The notes under the pieces were generated by a model. It made no database searches. It saw only the letters and a list, made by a program, of their open reading frames with translations, and was not told where the DNA came from. A stretch of DNA of 64,000 bases, from positions 2,328,588 to 2,392,587 of the forward strand of contig CAJFCJ010000005.1 in assembly GCA_904063045.1 (NCBI GenBank). Reading direction: 5' to 3'. Shown one piece after another: positions 11,997 to 26,604 of the stretch. The position numbers and the translations under genes were made by a program. How positions within the stretch are numbered: position 1 is the first letter of the stretch; each line of letters starts with the position of its first letter. This stretch comes from Dimorphilus gyrociliatus. Taxonomy: Eukaryota > Animalia > Annelida.

Positions 11997-12464
11997 TATT
12001 CAAACTACATAAAAAATATAAAGGAAATCAGTCGTTACGAAATGTTTTTGGAAATTTAATTAAATAATCATTTTTTTTTATTTATTTTACATGCTAGTAT
12101 TAAAAATTGTACTTACATAACAAGTAACTTAATAAGTGACTTAGAGTTATCACCGTTGCCAAGATAATGTTTGGCCAAAAACAAGATTCTGCCGCTTTGC
12201 AATACGCATGCGTAGGACAGGTATTTTATAAACTGGTGTAAAAAATTTCGCAATATTATTAATATTCGCGCCAACTTTTCGAATAATTACTATATAATTA
12301 ACGCAAGTTAATTCACGAATTTTGTGTTTTTATCATATTATAAAAAACGTCGAAATACATAATCCCTTTAAAAGAGGTTACATTGATTTATAAACAGTCA
12401 CAAATCACACTAAAAATAGACAGAGAACGTCTTCCGTTCCAAAAAAAAACTATCAAAAAAAAAA

Positions 12465-13266
12465 TCAGTCATTTCCCTTCATTGTATCAAATTTCGACTT
12501 ATGATTCTTTGCTGAGTAGATAAAATAGGTTAGAGCTTCCTTTTCATTCACTCTAATTGAACGAAAATGCCTGGCAACTGACTGTGAAAAGAGAAAAAGA
12601 AAACAAAATATACACACGTGTTTTAATATTTAGATTTCAAACGCTTTTATAAAAAAGAAAATCTCTTATCGATATTTTCAAAGTTTTTAAAATGAAAATA
12701 GAAAGAGAAAGAAGAAATTCGACTACAAAATCAAAGAGATATCCTATAAACTTACGTCAGCCAGTTGAGATTTATTGCTCCCTTGTTTGATTGGAAGTTT
12801 AAAGTGACGTCGGTAACGTTTTAACATATTCATTGGCATGCTATTGAAGTCGACCTATATAAAGATAATTGATAATTTGATAAATGAAGAGGATAGGGAA
12901 CTTGGGTGAAATGCTATGAAAGATAAATACCACAGAAATTTCTTCCCTCGTGTGCAATTCGCTCTCTTTTCTCTTCCTTTTTACTCGGACGTTTTGGATC
13001 ATGTTTTTGTGGTGATCACAAATGTAGATGTGTCCGTGCTAAAATGATATTTGTAACGTTTACTTAAGGATTTACTTTATTATTTAAAGAAAACAACTTA
13101 CAGAATTGTCAATATTCAACTTCAAACGTTTTTGTAAAGCTTGTTTCTGTATACGCTTATTGTATACAGCATTACCAGCCGGCCGACGGCAATTCCTTCC
13201 ATCGTCCGTTAGGCAACAATATTGAACAGATGACCTCTGCTCTTCAGTACGAGAGTAACCATTCAT
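12465..13266 (-). CDS. SAP30: Sin3-associated protein SAP30/SAP30L, 4 exons
   Basis: Zinc finger [17 protein letters not shown]...[18 protein letters not shown], and Sin3-binding region [20 protein letters not shown]...VARHFRS...[10 protein letters not shown]. Exons join in frame at canonical sites. Confidence 0.95.
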
Positions 13267-14560
13267 ATCCCTACAAATATATGTCTTTGGATTAACATTC
13301 GATCAAGGAATAAGCAAACAACAATGTGATTATAATAGAAAATATTATTCAATTACGATCACGTATAGAAAAGCTTTAAAAACTTTCGTAAAAATAATTG
13401 TTTACCGTAGTTAGGATATAATTAAGACTGAATTTGGTTTGTAGTTATTTTTGTGCAATTTTCTGGTTAGTACGTTCCCTGATCGTTGTAAATCGCTCAA
13501 AAACCAAGATGCTAAACCAACTAGAATTCTAAACAATATGGCGTATGAGAGAATCCTAAATGACGTTATCTATTTTTAGAAACAAGGTATTTCCCAAACT
13601 TGAGGTAGAAGCTCCGACTAAGCTATTAGTGGTCATTTTTTGTTATGAGTAGTAACCACACTAATTCCTTGACCTTTTCTGTATCGTCGATAGGCTTTTA
13701 AAGAGATTTGGAAAAAGAACATATAAGAAATACAATATAGCCTACATACATGTGAACATATATTATCGGAAATTTAGCATTTGCCATTAATAAAATGAAG
13801 TATTAGCAATCACAAAGGGAAAGAAAATTTAAAATAGAACATTCTGTCAAAATCGATTACTTTTAAGTAGAGCGGCTATATTTTTGGATTATTTTGATAT
13901 TTAAGAAAGATATATAAGTTGATGCTATATTCGTAATTTGTCAAAAATTATCGATATTTCTCGCCTTAAAATAAAATGTAAAGGAAAGAAGAAAGAGAGG
14001 AAAAGAAACAAAGAAAGAATAAGATAAAACTCTTCTTTTTTCCCAAACTTAAAGAATGTTAACAATTTGATGTAACCTTATTTCTTTATTTATGAAAGTA
14101 TATCTTGTCTATATAAAGATCTGTGAAAGAGAAGAAGAAGAGATGGGAAAAGCAAACGGAAAAGATGTATAGGAAAGTGAACGAGAGAGAGAGAGAGAGA
14201 GATCTAGTGAAAGAACAAAAGAATTATTCTCATCTCTTCCTACCTTACATAGGAAGAGATGTAAGTTTTAATAGATGAAAGGCCGAGACTGAGACGAGTA
14301 GCTAATAAAATATAATATAAACTGGTGGAAAACGACATTAATATAATCTTATCATCCTATACACAGTCTTTATCCCCTTTTTAACTATATGAAGAGAATG
14401 AAATAAGGCGTATACAACCTTACATATAAATTTTTATATGTTGTTATATACTGTATATAGAGATAGATAGATGGATATTGATGTGTAAAATTCTGCAGCT
14501 GTATTATCTCTCAAGTAGTTTATACTTTGTAACTAATAATAAAATAAATTTTATCTATAA

Positions 14561-17484
14561 TCAAGCAGAAGATGGCATCAGAGTTGCGTTGCAGAGAGGT
14601 AAATTATTAGATGAAATAGTTGAATTGTTCCATACACATAATTTTGTCCATTTAATATCTACGTGAAAATTTCGACGGATAATATAGCCACAAATAGGCA
14701 AACATGCAAATATAACGAATATTAATAGGCGTAGGGCTATCAATTTCACTTTAGATTCTTCGTTGTTACTATTTAATAGTGCTATATAGAGAATTGAAAT
14801 GAAAAAAATCTTTTACTATAATAAACAACAGGAAAATAAACGTTAATTCGAAGACTTACGTATATTTTCATTAATATCATTTACTGATGCTACTGGTTCC
14901 TCATTTATTATGTTACTTATATTGCTTCTTTCAGCAGCTTTGGCCGCTTCCTTCTCAAAGTTCAGTTTTGCGACAAATATTAAGACAAATAAATCTTCGG
15001 CAAATATTCCAATTATATATCCAAGCCATAAGCCTATAAGTGTATATGTGTATAATAATATATTTTATCTCTTATAAACACTAAATAAATAAGTATTTTA
15101 ATAGAAAAAATTGATGGTAATAGTTACATAGTGCTGCCATCTAATGGCTTTTTTCCCAAATAATTTCTCTACAAGTGTGAATAATAGTTATATAGTTTTT
15201 ATTTAGATACTGATTAGATTTTCTACAAATTTGCACTAGTTATGAGATTACATAATTAGTTATATATATATATATATATCTTATCAAAATACTTACCAAG
15301 AAGCGCTAGTTTCGTTTTAAACATTAGAACTATTCCTATTGGTAGAGCTAATACGTAGTAGGCCGTGAATATTAATATAGCTCCTAAACCCTGACGACCT
15401 GTCCCTCTTATTATTCCTATACCAACGCCCTGTAAAATTGCCAATAAAAAAAAATATAGTAATAATTCCATTATTTTTCAATTTCCTATCTAACTAATAA
15501 ATAGGATTTGCTTCTATTTTATAGATCTATATACTTGTATATTAAAATTAAGTTTTCTATTTCGATGAAGGCCTACTTACCCCAACTCCTTCAAGTAGAA
15601 TAAATATGCAAACTAAGTACATCATACTTGCAGTATAGTTGGCAGTTTCCCTGCAATAAAATTTATATTTGTTTTTTTTTCCTTTAGAATAAAGAGGTTT
15701 TTCTTCTTGGAGAAGATAGGCACTTACTGATTTGAAGTAAACGCTTTGGGAATGTAATCTTTTAACATGTAAACAGCCATTGCAAATATCAGGGAGATAG
15801 CACCTTGCACTATTAAGGATACCCTACAAGATACTTTTGCCCAATTTGGATTATTTGAACCCAAATGCTGTCCAACTCTCGCTGTACATGCACCTCCTAA
15901 ACCCAAAGGAACCATAAAGGCAAAGCCTTCCAATTGGAACATTATTGAAAATGTGGCAATAGCCTCTTTACTATTTGGTAATCCGCCTACCAAAATGTGA
16001 TACTTTCATTTTATGAATAAATTTGGGTATAATTAACGAAAATATTTATTTACCCGCCAAAAACGTTCCGCATTCAGTGCACAGCCAGAATAAAACTGTC
16101 ATAAATATAGATAAAGCAGCAGTTTTTGAAATTGGACCCCATTTTTTCAAGCAGTCCCAAGTCCATCCTTAATAGATTAAAAGTTAAATTGGTAGAGTCA
16201 TTTTATCGAAATTACTAATTATAAACAATTTTGATTTACCGTCCCAAGTTTCCCTGTATATTCTACAGCCCCAAATGTAGGCGAATAATTGAAAAGTTGT
16301 CAAATAGTATGTTAAAGCAAGTGATATTGCTGATCCACTGCAATAGATTTTTAAACATTACTGTTTAGTTAAAGGGTTCAATTTGAAATTTAAACTAACA
16401 TAATGCCCATTTTAGCTTGATAAACCAATCCATAATGGAGTATGGCATTAATTACACAGCTTATAATGCAGATGATCAAATTGGCAATAACACGGTTCTG
16501 GAAAGATTAAATCTCATGAAACCAACTAAAAAATAAAGAAGAGATAATTTATTTTCTACGGATAAATACCTGACAAAGTAAATATCGCATGAGTGTGAAT
16601 AGACAGCAGTAGGCCTGTATACAGATATTCATTTAAATATATATTTATTAGAGAAACATAATAGAAATATATCCTATTCAAACTTAAGAATAACAAACCA
16701 AAATGCCAGGTGAAAAGTAAAGGACGTATTGTTGAACTTTGGCAGAAACTTCGGCATCTTGCTTGAGCAAAAGCAACAACGATTGAATGTTCAAGAATAT
16801 TGCAACAATTGGGAAGCATGTGAGTAAAATTAAAAAGAAGCATTTTTGCAGATAAAGACCAACAAGTTTCTTGTTTGTTCCCCCGTATAACTGGGAAAAA
16901 TATGTGTCTGCTCCAAAAGCTAAACCCCTGCCAACACTAACACAAACGATGTAAATGACCTATTGAAATGAGGATTGTCAATCTCTTGAATAGAAATTTT
17001 TTATATATAATAAATTAAGCCTACCGAAATTGCTAGGGAGGCGGCAGCCAAGTCCGTTTTACCCAGGTGACCGCAGAACATTAAGCTAATTGGTTGTATT
17101 AGGTAATGGAATAGCATAGATAAGGACTGGAAAGATATAAGAAAAAACAAAAAGATTTATATAAAAAAATAGCCCAAGAAACTAATGAACCGTGAGATGG
17201 CGTCTCTCTAATGCGTTCTATGATATGAATAAAAGAAAGAAAATATGAATATCTCCTTCAATGGTTATTATTTTCCCTACTGAAGAAAACTTAATGATAA
17301 AAGATAAATGAATAGAGAAGATTCTAATGAATAAAATTTAATTATAAAACTTAAATAAAAATCATTTGCAAACCGTGGGCCATGCCAAACTTAATATCTT
17401 TTTGAATTCCAACCAGTAGAATGTTGGGAAGAGGCCAGTTGATACTTGTACCTCATCATCTGTTTCATTTTCTTCTGCTTGCAT
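14561..17484 (-). CDS. MATE family (SLC47A-like) multidrug/cation antiporter, multi-exon
   Basis: Starts MQAEENE...FKKILSLAWPT. Contains FMVPLGLGGACTARVGQHLGSNNP and LQGVGIGIIRGTGRQGLGA, many hydrophobic helices and an extra C-terminal TM segment. Confidence 0.9.
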
Positions 17485-17766
17485 ACTGGGGAAAAAAATC
17501 AATTGCAAATCCTTAAGCTATGTTCTGCTTATTCGGTTCCATTTTTTAGAATGCAGAGATAAATTGAAACCTTTAATCGCTAACATTTCATACGAATATG
17601 AGACGATTAAAAATCGATCAATGTAACTGCGCAGTAAATAGAAACTGTCGAACCAATTCAACAATTGGCAACATCATTCTTCTATTGAAGAGTGAGGTTT
17701 TGTAGGCCTATGCCTGATACCATCCGTAGTGCCCTCTAAATATTTTTTTGATACAGATATTGGTTG

Positions 17767-17797
<31 letters not shown>

Positions 17798-18329
17798 GAA
17801 TATAAGCATAAAATTCACGCCATCTTTGAACTAATACTGTAGTAAAAATGGAGAAGGTTTGAAATCGATAAAATATTATTTTTTATGTTGACAAGATTAA
17901 TTCGACAATTTTAATTCGTTCATACGTAAACTAGTCACGTTTTTAAGTTTTCATTCAGCTTTATTAATCTATTTAAGTTGAATATGGAACGTAATTATTG
18001 ATCATGTGGTTTTTTGTTAATAATCTTATAAATTAGCTTGAAATTGATAGTAACGCTTTTCTCCCTAATAAAATAAATTATAATCAAATAAACTCAATTT
18101 AATATCTTAATTAATAGTTAATTAACTTCTTTATTCTTTTATAAATTACAGTTTTATTCGATTATTGACTTGTCAAATGCTTTAGCATTGAAAGTTTACT
18201 GGAATCACATTGAATGCAAAATATGGGACTACTAACAATGTTTTTATTCTTTTATCGTTTCCTTTCCAAGTTTAGGCATACCTAATTTATCGTCTGCTCC
18301 AACTCTAAAATTATATTAACCACATAACT

Positions 18330-20300
18330 ATGGCTGGTTCTTTGCGGATTTACGACAAACCTAGTGAAGAAAAACTTCAAGAAGAAGTTGAAAAGTTTAA
18401 AACAAGCCAATATTTTTATGGTAAAACATACTTTAAAAGAAATTACAATTTCGTCAATGATATTACATTTAGGTTCAATAATTCGGACAATACAGCTAAA
18501 TAATGACAGTGTAACAACCATGACATCAACACTTTTACCTTCACCCTTTCCAAAAGACTTATATGAGAAAGCCTTAAAAGTTCAACAGCCGTTTAACGAA
18601 TTAATGATAAAAGTTGCACATGATAAAGAATTTTTATACGAATGCTTGAAAAAGTAAACATATCAAAGATATAAAAACACTTGAATGTTTAAATTTAATT
18701 TTCATTTTTAGTACAATAGAAGTAGATAGTTTTACAAGACGTTTATGGAATATTGCCAATAAAGTTATTGAAATGGAAACAACACAAGTTGATTATCATT
18801 ATTTTCATATTTTAAAATAAAATTATTAATTAATTCTTTTTTTACAACTCCATAGAAAGTAAGTTTAGGATTGTTCAGATCAGATTATATGATTAATGAA
18901 AAAGATAACGGACTACAATTGGCACAAGTTGAATTTAATACAATCTCCTCGAGTTTTGGAGGTCTAGCTACTCGGATTAGAAAGTGTCATGAACATACTT
19001 TGTACAGATGGAAATTGAATCATTTGGCGAAATGTGTAATTATTTAACAATTTAATAATTCAATTCTACATTTTACAAGTATTTTCGTATTTTTCATTTT
19101 TTACTAACAGTTACCAGAAAATTTGGCAATTCCAACTCTAAGCCAAGGCATAAAAGCAGCATATGATTATTATAATTCTGAAAAGTATGGTTATTTTCTT
19201 TATGCATATATATTAAAATGATTTTTAAACATTAGAGCCGTTGTACTATTTTTGGTTCAAGACACCGAAAGGAATGAATTTGATCAGAGAGCTTTAGAGT
19301 ATGGTGTTATAGAGTTGAATTCTTCAATAGAAATTATCAGAGTATGCTGGCTTGACTTAAAAACTCAAGCAAGGGTTGCGAATGATGGAAAATATTTCTT
19401 GTACGTTTATTAATACACTTAATTTTCACTTGTGAATATAATAATGAAAAAACATCTTTTAAATAGCAAAGATCGGGAAGTTGCGGTTATCTATTTGAGG
19501 GATGGCTATATGCCAGACCAATATAATGAAGAGGTTTATATATTTATTAATTTATTCATGAATGAAATGAAGAAATCTTTTTTAGAATTGGAATATTAGA
19601 TTCGACATGGAGAGATCTCAAGCAGTAAAATGCCCATCTGTTCACCTTCAGTTAGCTGGGACTAAGCGTGTTCAACAGAAATTGGCAGAACCTAATGTAT
19701 TACAAAGATTTATTAAAGACCAAGAAGTTATCGAACAACTAAAGGAAACATTTGTGGGACTTTATAGTTTGGATATTGGAGAAGAGTCGAATAAAATGGT
19801 AGAGATAGCTATTGCATCACCAAATAAGTACGTGTTGAAACCGCAGAGAGAAGGCGGAGGTAAAATACAATTATTAATAAAGAAGCTTTTTGTCACGTTC
19901 TTATTATAAATTCCCCATAGGTAACAACTTTTATGGTGATGAGTTGGTTGCTCAATTACGCAAATTAACGCCAAAAGAGAGGGAAGCCTATATTCTAATG
20001 GAAAGAATATTTCCTCCAACTTTTAATAATTGTCTGGTTAAATTAAATACCACACCTCAATGGCTATCAATGATACATGAATTGGGAATATTTGGCTGTG
20101 CATTGGGGTAAAAAAAAATAAGAGACTATTCAAATACTTTTTTCCTACTTGTTAATTATATCTTTTTTTCGTGTAGAAATGGACAAAATATAATATTAAA
20201 TAATCACGGAGGACATCTATTAAGAACTAAAGCAGAAAAAGTAGATGAAGGTGGCGTTGCCAGTGGACATTCTGGTATAGATTCTCCCCTATTGATTTAA
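18330..20300 (+). CDS. GSS: Glutathione synthetase, eukaryotic type, multi-exon
   Basis: Motifs LGLFRSDYM, VEFNTISSSFGGL, VKCPSVHLQLAGTKRVQQ, VLKPQREGGG, YILMERIFP and GGVASGHSGIDSPLLI*. Confidence 0.95.
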
Positions 20301-21183
20301 TCTTTAAACGATTAAAAACTAACTTCGTAGCCAACAATTTAAGCTCACAAACTGTATTAGTTTCATTTTATTCGGGTTATAAAATTATTTTATGAATACA
20401 TCTGAATTTTCTTTATCTACACTTTTATTTTTACAATAATTGCTGGCTTCTTAGCTATTCTATTTCAAAGAGATAAAAGAATTGCAAATCTATGCCTTTT
20501 CAATAGAATTTAATGTCATTTTTCTTTAAGAAATTAAATGCAATCCCCATAATCTACTCCTCTGATTTGGTCTTTTAATGCGTTAAAAAAAGAACAGAAT
20601 AGATAAAAGTCAGACCAAGAATCAGGTCTGCAAACCTTAATTGAGATGCGTAAATTCTTTGCAAAACTTGCTCTTTTCACCTTGATAAAATACTAAAAGT
20701 ATAATTTAAACAAATAGAGAAGATATTAGAAATCAATTAATTACTATTTAAATTATCTATAGACAACTCCTACTTGTGTTTTTCTTTCATTTATCCTCCT
20801 ACGATAACATTCCTCTTCAATAAATGTCTTGAAATTCGCTAAGCGAACAAATTAAGATCCATTTCTGCCCCACCTCTTCTTTTGAAAGTTCCTTCAATGG
20901 ATAGGCTAATAGTTTATTCGAGTGTTATTTCAATAACTTTTAACAAAAAAAAGAACATTTTTATTAATATTATTTTTTTTTATTAAAAAAACTAATACTG
21001 ATTTATATTTAAAGTTATTTATAAAGTTTTATACTTTAAATCATTCTATATCTGTTTTTTTTTTAATGTTTACTCTTTTAAATGTCAAAAGTAAGTAAAG
21101 TTAATTGGGTGGTTCGGAATATTGCGCGATATTTGCGGTTATTTACCAATTATCGCTCACTATTTCATATATACCAAAAGAGT

Positions 21184-22720
21184 ATGTTTTTAAGGAATTG
21201 TGCGCGAATTAACAACCTACAAGTTAAAAATCTTCTTTGTAGAGGATTAAAATCATCAAAAGAACTAAGCAGTCTCAGATTTTTATCGTCCAAATCTGAT
21301 GAAGGTCAGCAGTTTATGATGACATTCTTTCACAAATCGTATTATCGTACTTTCTTAAATATTATCGTATTTCCGTTAGTTTGTATCGAATTGAATTGTT
21401 TTATTTGCTTATGAATTAGGAGCCAAAATCTATGATGCTGTTGTTTGCGGAGGTGGAATGGTAGGAAATGCTGCTGCAGCCGCATTTGGGAAAACAAGCA
21501 TGCTCAATCATCTCAACATTCTCTTACTAGAATCGCAGGCCTACAAACCTACTGAAAAAGTTCAAAATGTATTCTCTAATAGGGTATCAGCGATCAGTCC
21601 GGCTTCCATAGAATTATTGAAGAGTGTAGGAGCTTGGGAAAGAATTGAAAAGACCTCCAGATATCAACCTGTAAAGCGAATGCAAGTTTGGGACTTTGCT
21701 TCAGATTCTACTATAACATTTAATAACCCGAATCCAGAACATAATCTTGCTTTCATAGTAGAGAACGACGTTATTGTCGATGCCTTAGTTGAACAAATAA
21801 AAGAATGTGAGAATGTATCCATGAGGAGTGGAACAAGGGTTGAAAAGTTCGCTATACCATCTAACGAAAGTACTGATCTGGTCGAATTAACTTTAGAGGA
21901 TGGGGAAAAAATCCTAACAAGGCTTTTAATTGGTGCCGACGGCGCTAAATCGCAGATTAGGGAAGAATGTGACTTGCACACAACTGGCTGGGATTATCAT
22001 CAAAGGGCAATTGTTGCGACATTAAAGCTACGTGATCCGACTGATAACAACGTAGCTTGGCAGCGCTTCCTTAAAAATGGTCCTATCGCCATGTTACCCT
22101 TATCCAACGAATATAGTTCTCTAGTCTGGTCAACATCTGTCAGCGAATCCAAAAGATTAATGGAATTGGATGACGACTGCTTCAAGGATGCCATAAATGA
22201 AGCTTTTTGGTCAAATGAGAATAGAGATGACGCTGCTCAAAATTTATTGGAGACCCTAAATCAGATTATTAGCAACCTTGGAGTAAATAAACCAAGCTCT
22301 ACTAGAATTCTTCCACCATCCGTTATAGAAGTCAATCAAAGGGCATCATTTCCTCTTGGCGTTACTCACACGACACATTACGTAAAACCTAGAGTAGCTT
22401 TGATTGGAGATGCCGCCCATAGAATCCATCCTCTCGCCGGACAAGGGGTCAATTTGGGATTTGGCGATGTACGTGTTTTGATTGACCATCTATCAGAAAG
22501 TGTTTACAACGGTAGCGAACTACCAGATTATAAAAGTTTACTAAAGTACGAAACCGATAGGCAGAGGCACGTTTTGCCGACGATTGCTCTAGTTGACTTT
22601 TTAAATAGATTATATAGTACGGATTTTGCTCCTTCTGTTTTGGCAAGAACCTTCGGCTTAACAAGTGTTGAGGCTTTAGAACCAGTGAAAAAACTATTTA
22701 TGGAGCATGCCATGAATTAA
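21184..22720 (+). CDS. COQ6: Ubiquinone biosynthesis monooxygenase COQ6
   Basis: Exon 21184-21304 encodes a mitochondrial-type leader; exon 21420-22720 has YDAVVCGGGMVG (FAD binding), LLIGADG, AWQRFL and ALIGDAAHRIHPLAGQGVNLGFGD. Confidence 0.95.
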
Positions 22721-22780
22721 ATAACAAATAAATAAATCCATTACATATAATCAATTGTTACAAATATTCTTGCGACAGTT

Positions 22781-23954
22781 TTAAATTGTGGTGTTTCTTG
22801 GGCGAAAAGTAGGCCGTATTTCGTATCGTTCTGTATATTATCAAAGCATAAGAAGTAAAAAGAAACTCATTAGAAAGAGACGATAAAAGAATGTTTTTTC
22901 GTTTTAAAAAGCTTATACCTGCTGCAAATATTATAGCAACACTCATTGCCAACAGAAAGGCAGTTAGGACAAACCAAAATATAAGTTTTTGAGGATCAAG
23001 TTTGTCGGCTCTAAACCTTTCAACATCTTCTATACCGTAAATTAACTTTTCCACTACACCAACTTTGTTGCCGAATGGATGAACGTATGTTGAACGCCTC
23101 AATTCGGCCAATTCTTTGAGAGTTTGTTCTGAGAATTTTATTCTATCTTCAGAGCTAGTGGATTTGTCACACTCAATGTTAAATGCTGGATTGTCGTATT
23201 CAGTGACTTTCAACTGCAAAAGAAAAGGGTGTGTAACAGAGAGATAGAGAGAGGAAGAGAGAAATAGAGCTAGAGAAAGAAAGAATGGGAGAAACATAGA
23301 AACTAGAGAGATGAAAATATGATTAAATATCATAATTATATTTTAAAAAAAACATTCAAGCTTGTTAAGTTCAGACTGAAATTCTTATAATTTATTAAAC
23401 CTTGAAATCGTTATTTCTTAAACCGATATCTCCTGCCTCGTCTGCCGAAGTCATTTTTCATACTGAAAAATGTTTCTGTTATTGTGACGTCACTTGCTTT
23501 TGTTATTGCCAATAATCTTGCGGAATATTTTATGAAGAGGAACGAGAAAGAAGAGAGGAAACGTATCGTTTACAAATAACCAATTAAACTATGTATAGGT
23601 GCGTCTAATTCCAACTCAGGTAGACAAGTTAACAAGGGACGAAAGTAAATTGCGACAGTTGAAAAGTGAAAATTTGCGTATTTGAAGACGATACACGAAT
23701 GATTCTTCGAAATACTATGTATTGCACGAATTGAAAACACCTCTTTATGATTAATAAATGTACATAAATTCTTAATAAATAGGACAAAATATATGATTTA
23801 AAAGTTTACGTACGCTTTGCGGTCTGTGGCCACTTTCCATACTGCTTTCAATATCAGTTTGTTCGGGTGAAGTCATTTCATTCCTGTCTTCTGAACCTGA
23901 TGTGAAAGAGGAGCTCACCCATTCTTTCATTCTTCTCAAAATGCTTTTGGACAT
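22781..23954 (-). CDS. Orphan single-pass membrane protein, HPFG family, copy A (3 exons)
   Basis: Exons 23954-23814, 23213-22919 and 22830-22781 join in frame. Contains YVHPFG...DKLDPQKLIFWFVLTAFLLAMSVAIIFAA and is homologous to 28422-29006. The unspliced ORF would end at 22758. Confidence 0.7.
23484..23493. promoter_or_regulatory. CRE/ATF-type palindrome GTGACGTCAC
   Basis: Lies in intron 1 of HPFG gene copy A. Confidence 0.45.
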
Positions 23955-24158
23955 GTTTTTGATCGATATCAAACAGCATTAATGGAAGAAAAAATATTAA
24001 AGAAAAAGAACAAGAGAGAGAGAAACAAAACAAGGCCACGCCTATAATTCATTTGTTTATAGATTGAACACGAAATTGATACACGATCTGTCTCAGCAAA
24101 AATCTTCGTGTTTATTAATACAGACAAATAAACCAAGAGGAAATAATTACCTACAAGC

Positions 24159-24686
24159 CTAAAAGTCCGGCTCTGGTTTAGATATAACGTCACTCAGACC
24201 AGAGAATTTTCTGGGTAAAGATTCGATCCATTTCCAGCATTTCTCGAATGTTTCCTGACTGCAAACAGAATCAGCATCTGATCTCCTGATTTCAGGCGAA
24301 CGTTCTACAGGTTTCACACTTTTCGTTCGACTAGCTAACGATTCTTCTGATAATCTTGGACTCGCTTTTGGCGTTAGATTTAAATTGAAAGGTGGAAGAA
24401 AAGCAACGGTCGAATAATCATAACTTTTAGATCTAGGTCTAGGGGGTGGCTCCTTACTCTTCGTAAATGATATTTTCGGTAGACATTTCAGTACGTCTTT
24501 TTCTTTTCCATCATTATGTTCTTTACCATTTCTTCCGTTGGATACCTGCCGAATTATTGGTGGTAGTAGTTTGGAGGTTGGCCAAGAATTCCAGTGATGT
24601 AGTTGTCGAGATTGTTTAGTTTTCGAAGTTGTAATTAGCCCACCGTAGTGCGAACGCAGCTTGTCTTTCTTCGACATAACATACAT
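24159..24686 (-). CDS. Orphan basic protein with C-terminal KCxxWIxSLP motif, copy A (175 aa, intronless)
   Basis: ATG-initiated ORF ending QETFEKCWKWIESLPRKFS; paralogue at 29364-29849. Confidence 0.75.
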   Translation of the reverse strand: MYVMSKKDKLRSHYGGLITTSKTKQSRQLHHWNSWPTSKLLPPIIRQVSNGRNGKEHNDGKEKDVLKCLPKISFTKSKEPPPRPRSKSYDYSTVAFLPPFNLNLTPKASPRLSEESLASRTKSVKPVERSPEIRRSDADSVCSQETFEKCWKWIESLPRKFSGLSDVISKPEPDF

Positions 24687-26604
24687 TGGCCAAATATTGG
24701 TGTTATTCGCTTGTTATTCGTCCGCTACTCCTATACCACCAGTGTTTTTTTCCTAATATTTCAAAGTAGAAATGCCAAGTGGTTTTTTGCTATCACAAAA
24801 GGAAACAATATGTAATGAAAGATTAAGAAAAAGAAAATGGCAGTGTGACAATAATCCAATGAAAGGAGGGAAAAGGAGAATCTTAGGAATCGGCAAATCT
24901 ACTCTAGTCAGGTTCGTTAATCCTGTAAACTTTCTCGTAGTGCCAATAAAAAAAGGTGCGATTCATAAGCGGACAAAACCGACAGTGCCGCTGTCATAAG
25001 TGGCAATGTTTGTTTATGTATAATTATCAATCGTTCGTAAACTTTCTTGTAAGCGCTCAAGACCAATCTTACTTGCCAATTTATTTCAAAATAATTACAT
25101 TATGTTATATATGACCATAAGCTCTTTTCTAGATTCTCATTTAATTGCAATAAGTTAGAATAAACTAGTAATAGGCCTATTTTATATGTATTTTTTTGTT
25201 CAAGTGTAATGATTGAGGTAATTCTCTATCTGTCTTTCGCTATTTCACTCTACTCATTCTACGTAAATTTTAGAATTAACTCTGTTCAAGGGTTATTTAT
25301 ATTCATTAGAAAAAAATTGGATTGAATCAATCACTTGAACTAACAGATTCCTCTTATTCAAATTATAATAGGTAAAAAGAAAATGTAGCATTACCACGTT
25401 AGACTTTTAGCTAATTTATATTTGTGCAAACATTTGAAGCTGTTCTACTACCTTTATTGTTTATAAAGAGATTACTGTTTTTTTAAGCCTATACATTATA
25501 TATTTGTTGTTCAAACTATTCAAGAAAAGAAAAAGAAAAATTTTTCCCTTCTCTCTAACCATTCTTCTAATATTCTTGGTAGTCTTGTTTTTACATTCAT
25601 TTTCTTTTTTTAACTCTTTAATTTTAGATTAAAACTTGTATAGGCTTGTAAATGTAAGAGTAAATAAAAAGAGGTCAGTATGGTTTTTATTTTAATTATT
25701 ATCAAGAACATAACAAATAAAATAGAAAGGTAAAAGTGTTCTAAAATTAAGCCTATAGAAATTAATTAATCAATAAAAAATGTTTTAATTATAGAATATT
25801 TAAATAAGTAAGTTAATTTAGTATAAATCCTATAACTTCCTTTATTTTATCAAATGTGGAAAGCAGATAAGGTCAATAGAGTAATAAAAATATTGTTATT
25901 ACACATCATTGAAATGTGTAGGAGTATATAAATACATCTTGCTATACTTTTATATAAAGTCAAAAGTTTCCGAGAAGTATGATAATATTTTATGGAATAG
26001 TTCATTCTTTATTACTTTATTCTAATATCCAATAGGAAACTTCATTCTAATTACTAATATTTTACTTATTAGAAAGATATAAAAGAATAATTAAATGTTC
26101 AAAATTCTAGAAAATTTATAGTGAATAGAACAAAAAAGAAAAAAAGTTCCATGAATAGGCCTATTTACCCGCAATGGATATCTATCATTATTCGTTATTC
26201 AGCCTGCGTCTAATCATCCTCAGTCATTCTAAAGGAAATGAGAAATTTTCTGGTCTCTTTTTGTTAAATGATTTTAAGGTTAGCGGATTTCCGTGTTAAA
26301 TGTTGAACTTTTATCGAACTTAACAAAACAGGGGGGGAGGTAAAGTATATTAGGAATGGGGGGGGGGAGGATGAAAGAACAACTAGGAAAGGCTATTATG
26401 GCTCCACCTAGGCAACGAGTTTTTGAGAGATTATGCGATAAAATACGAGATTTGTGATTTCAGCATGGATATTTACTTGTAAAAAACTCGTTGATATACT
26501 AGCGTACAGTGTAAAAGAATATATCGATTAAATCAACAAATTAAGCAATTACCAACTTCCGTTGATTATATATTTGTCAGCTAAGTCCTACCGTTAATAG
26601 AAAG

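Noticed and set aside
20540-20920. Purine-rich, coding-looking minus-strand stretch between GSS and COQ6
   Set aside because: No consistent frame without a 35-nt intron, and no recognisable product.
21664-22713. Antisense ORFs inside COQ6; similar ones inside GSS, MOB3 and cluster members
   Set aside because: Shadow frames of real coding sequence, with no independent signal.
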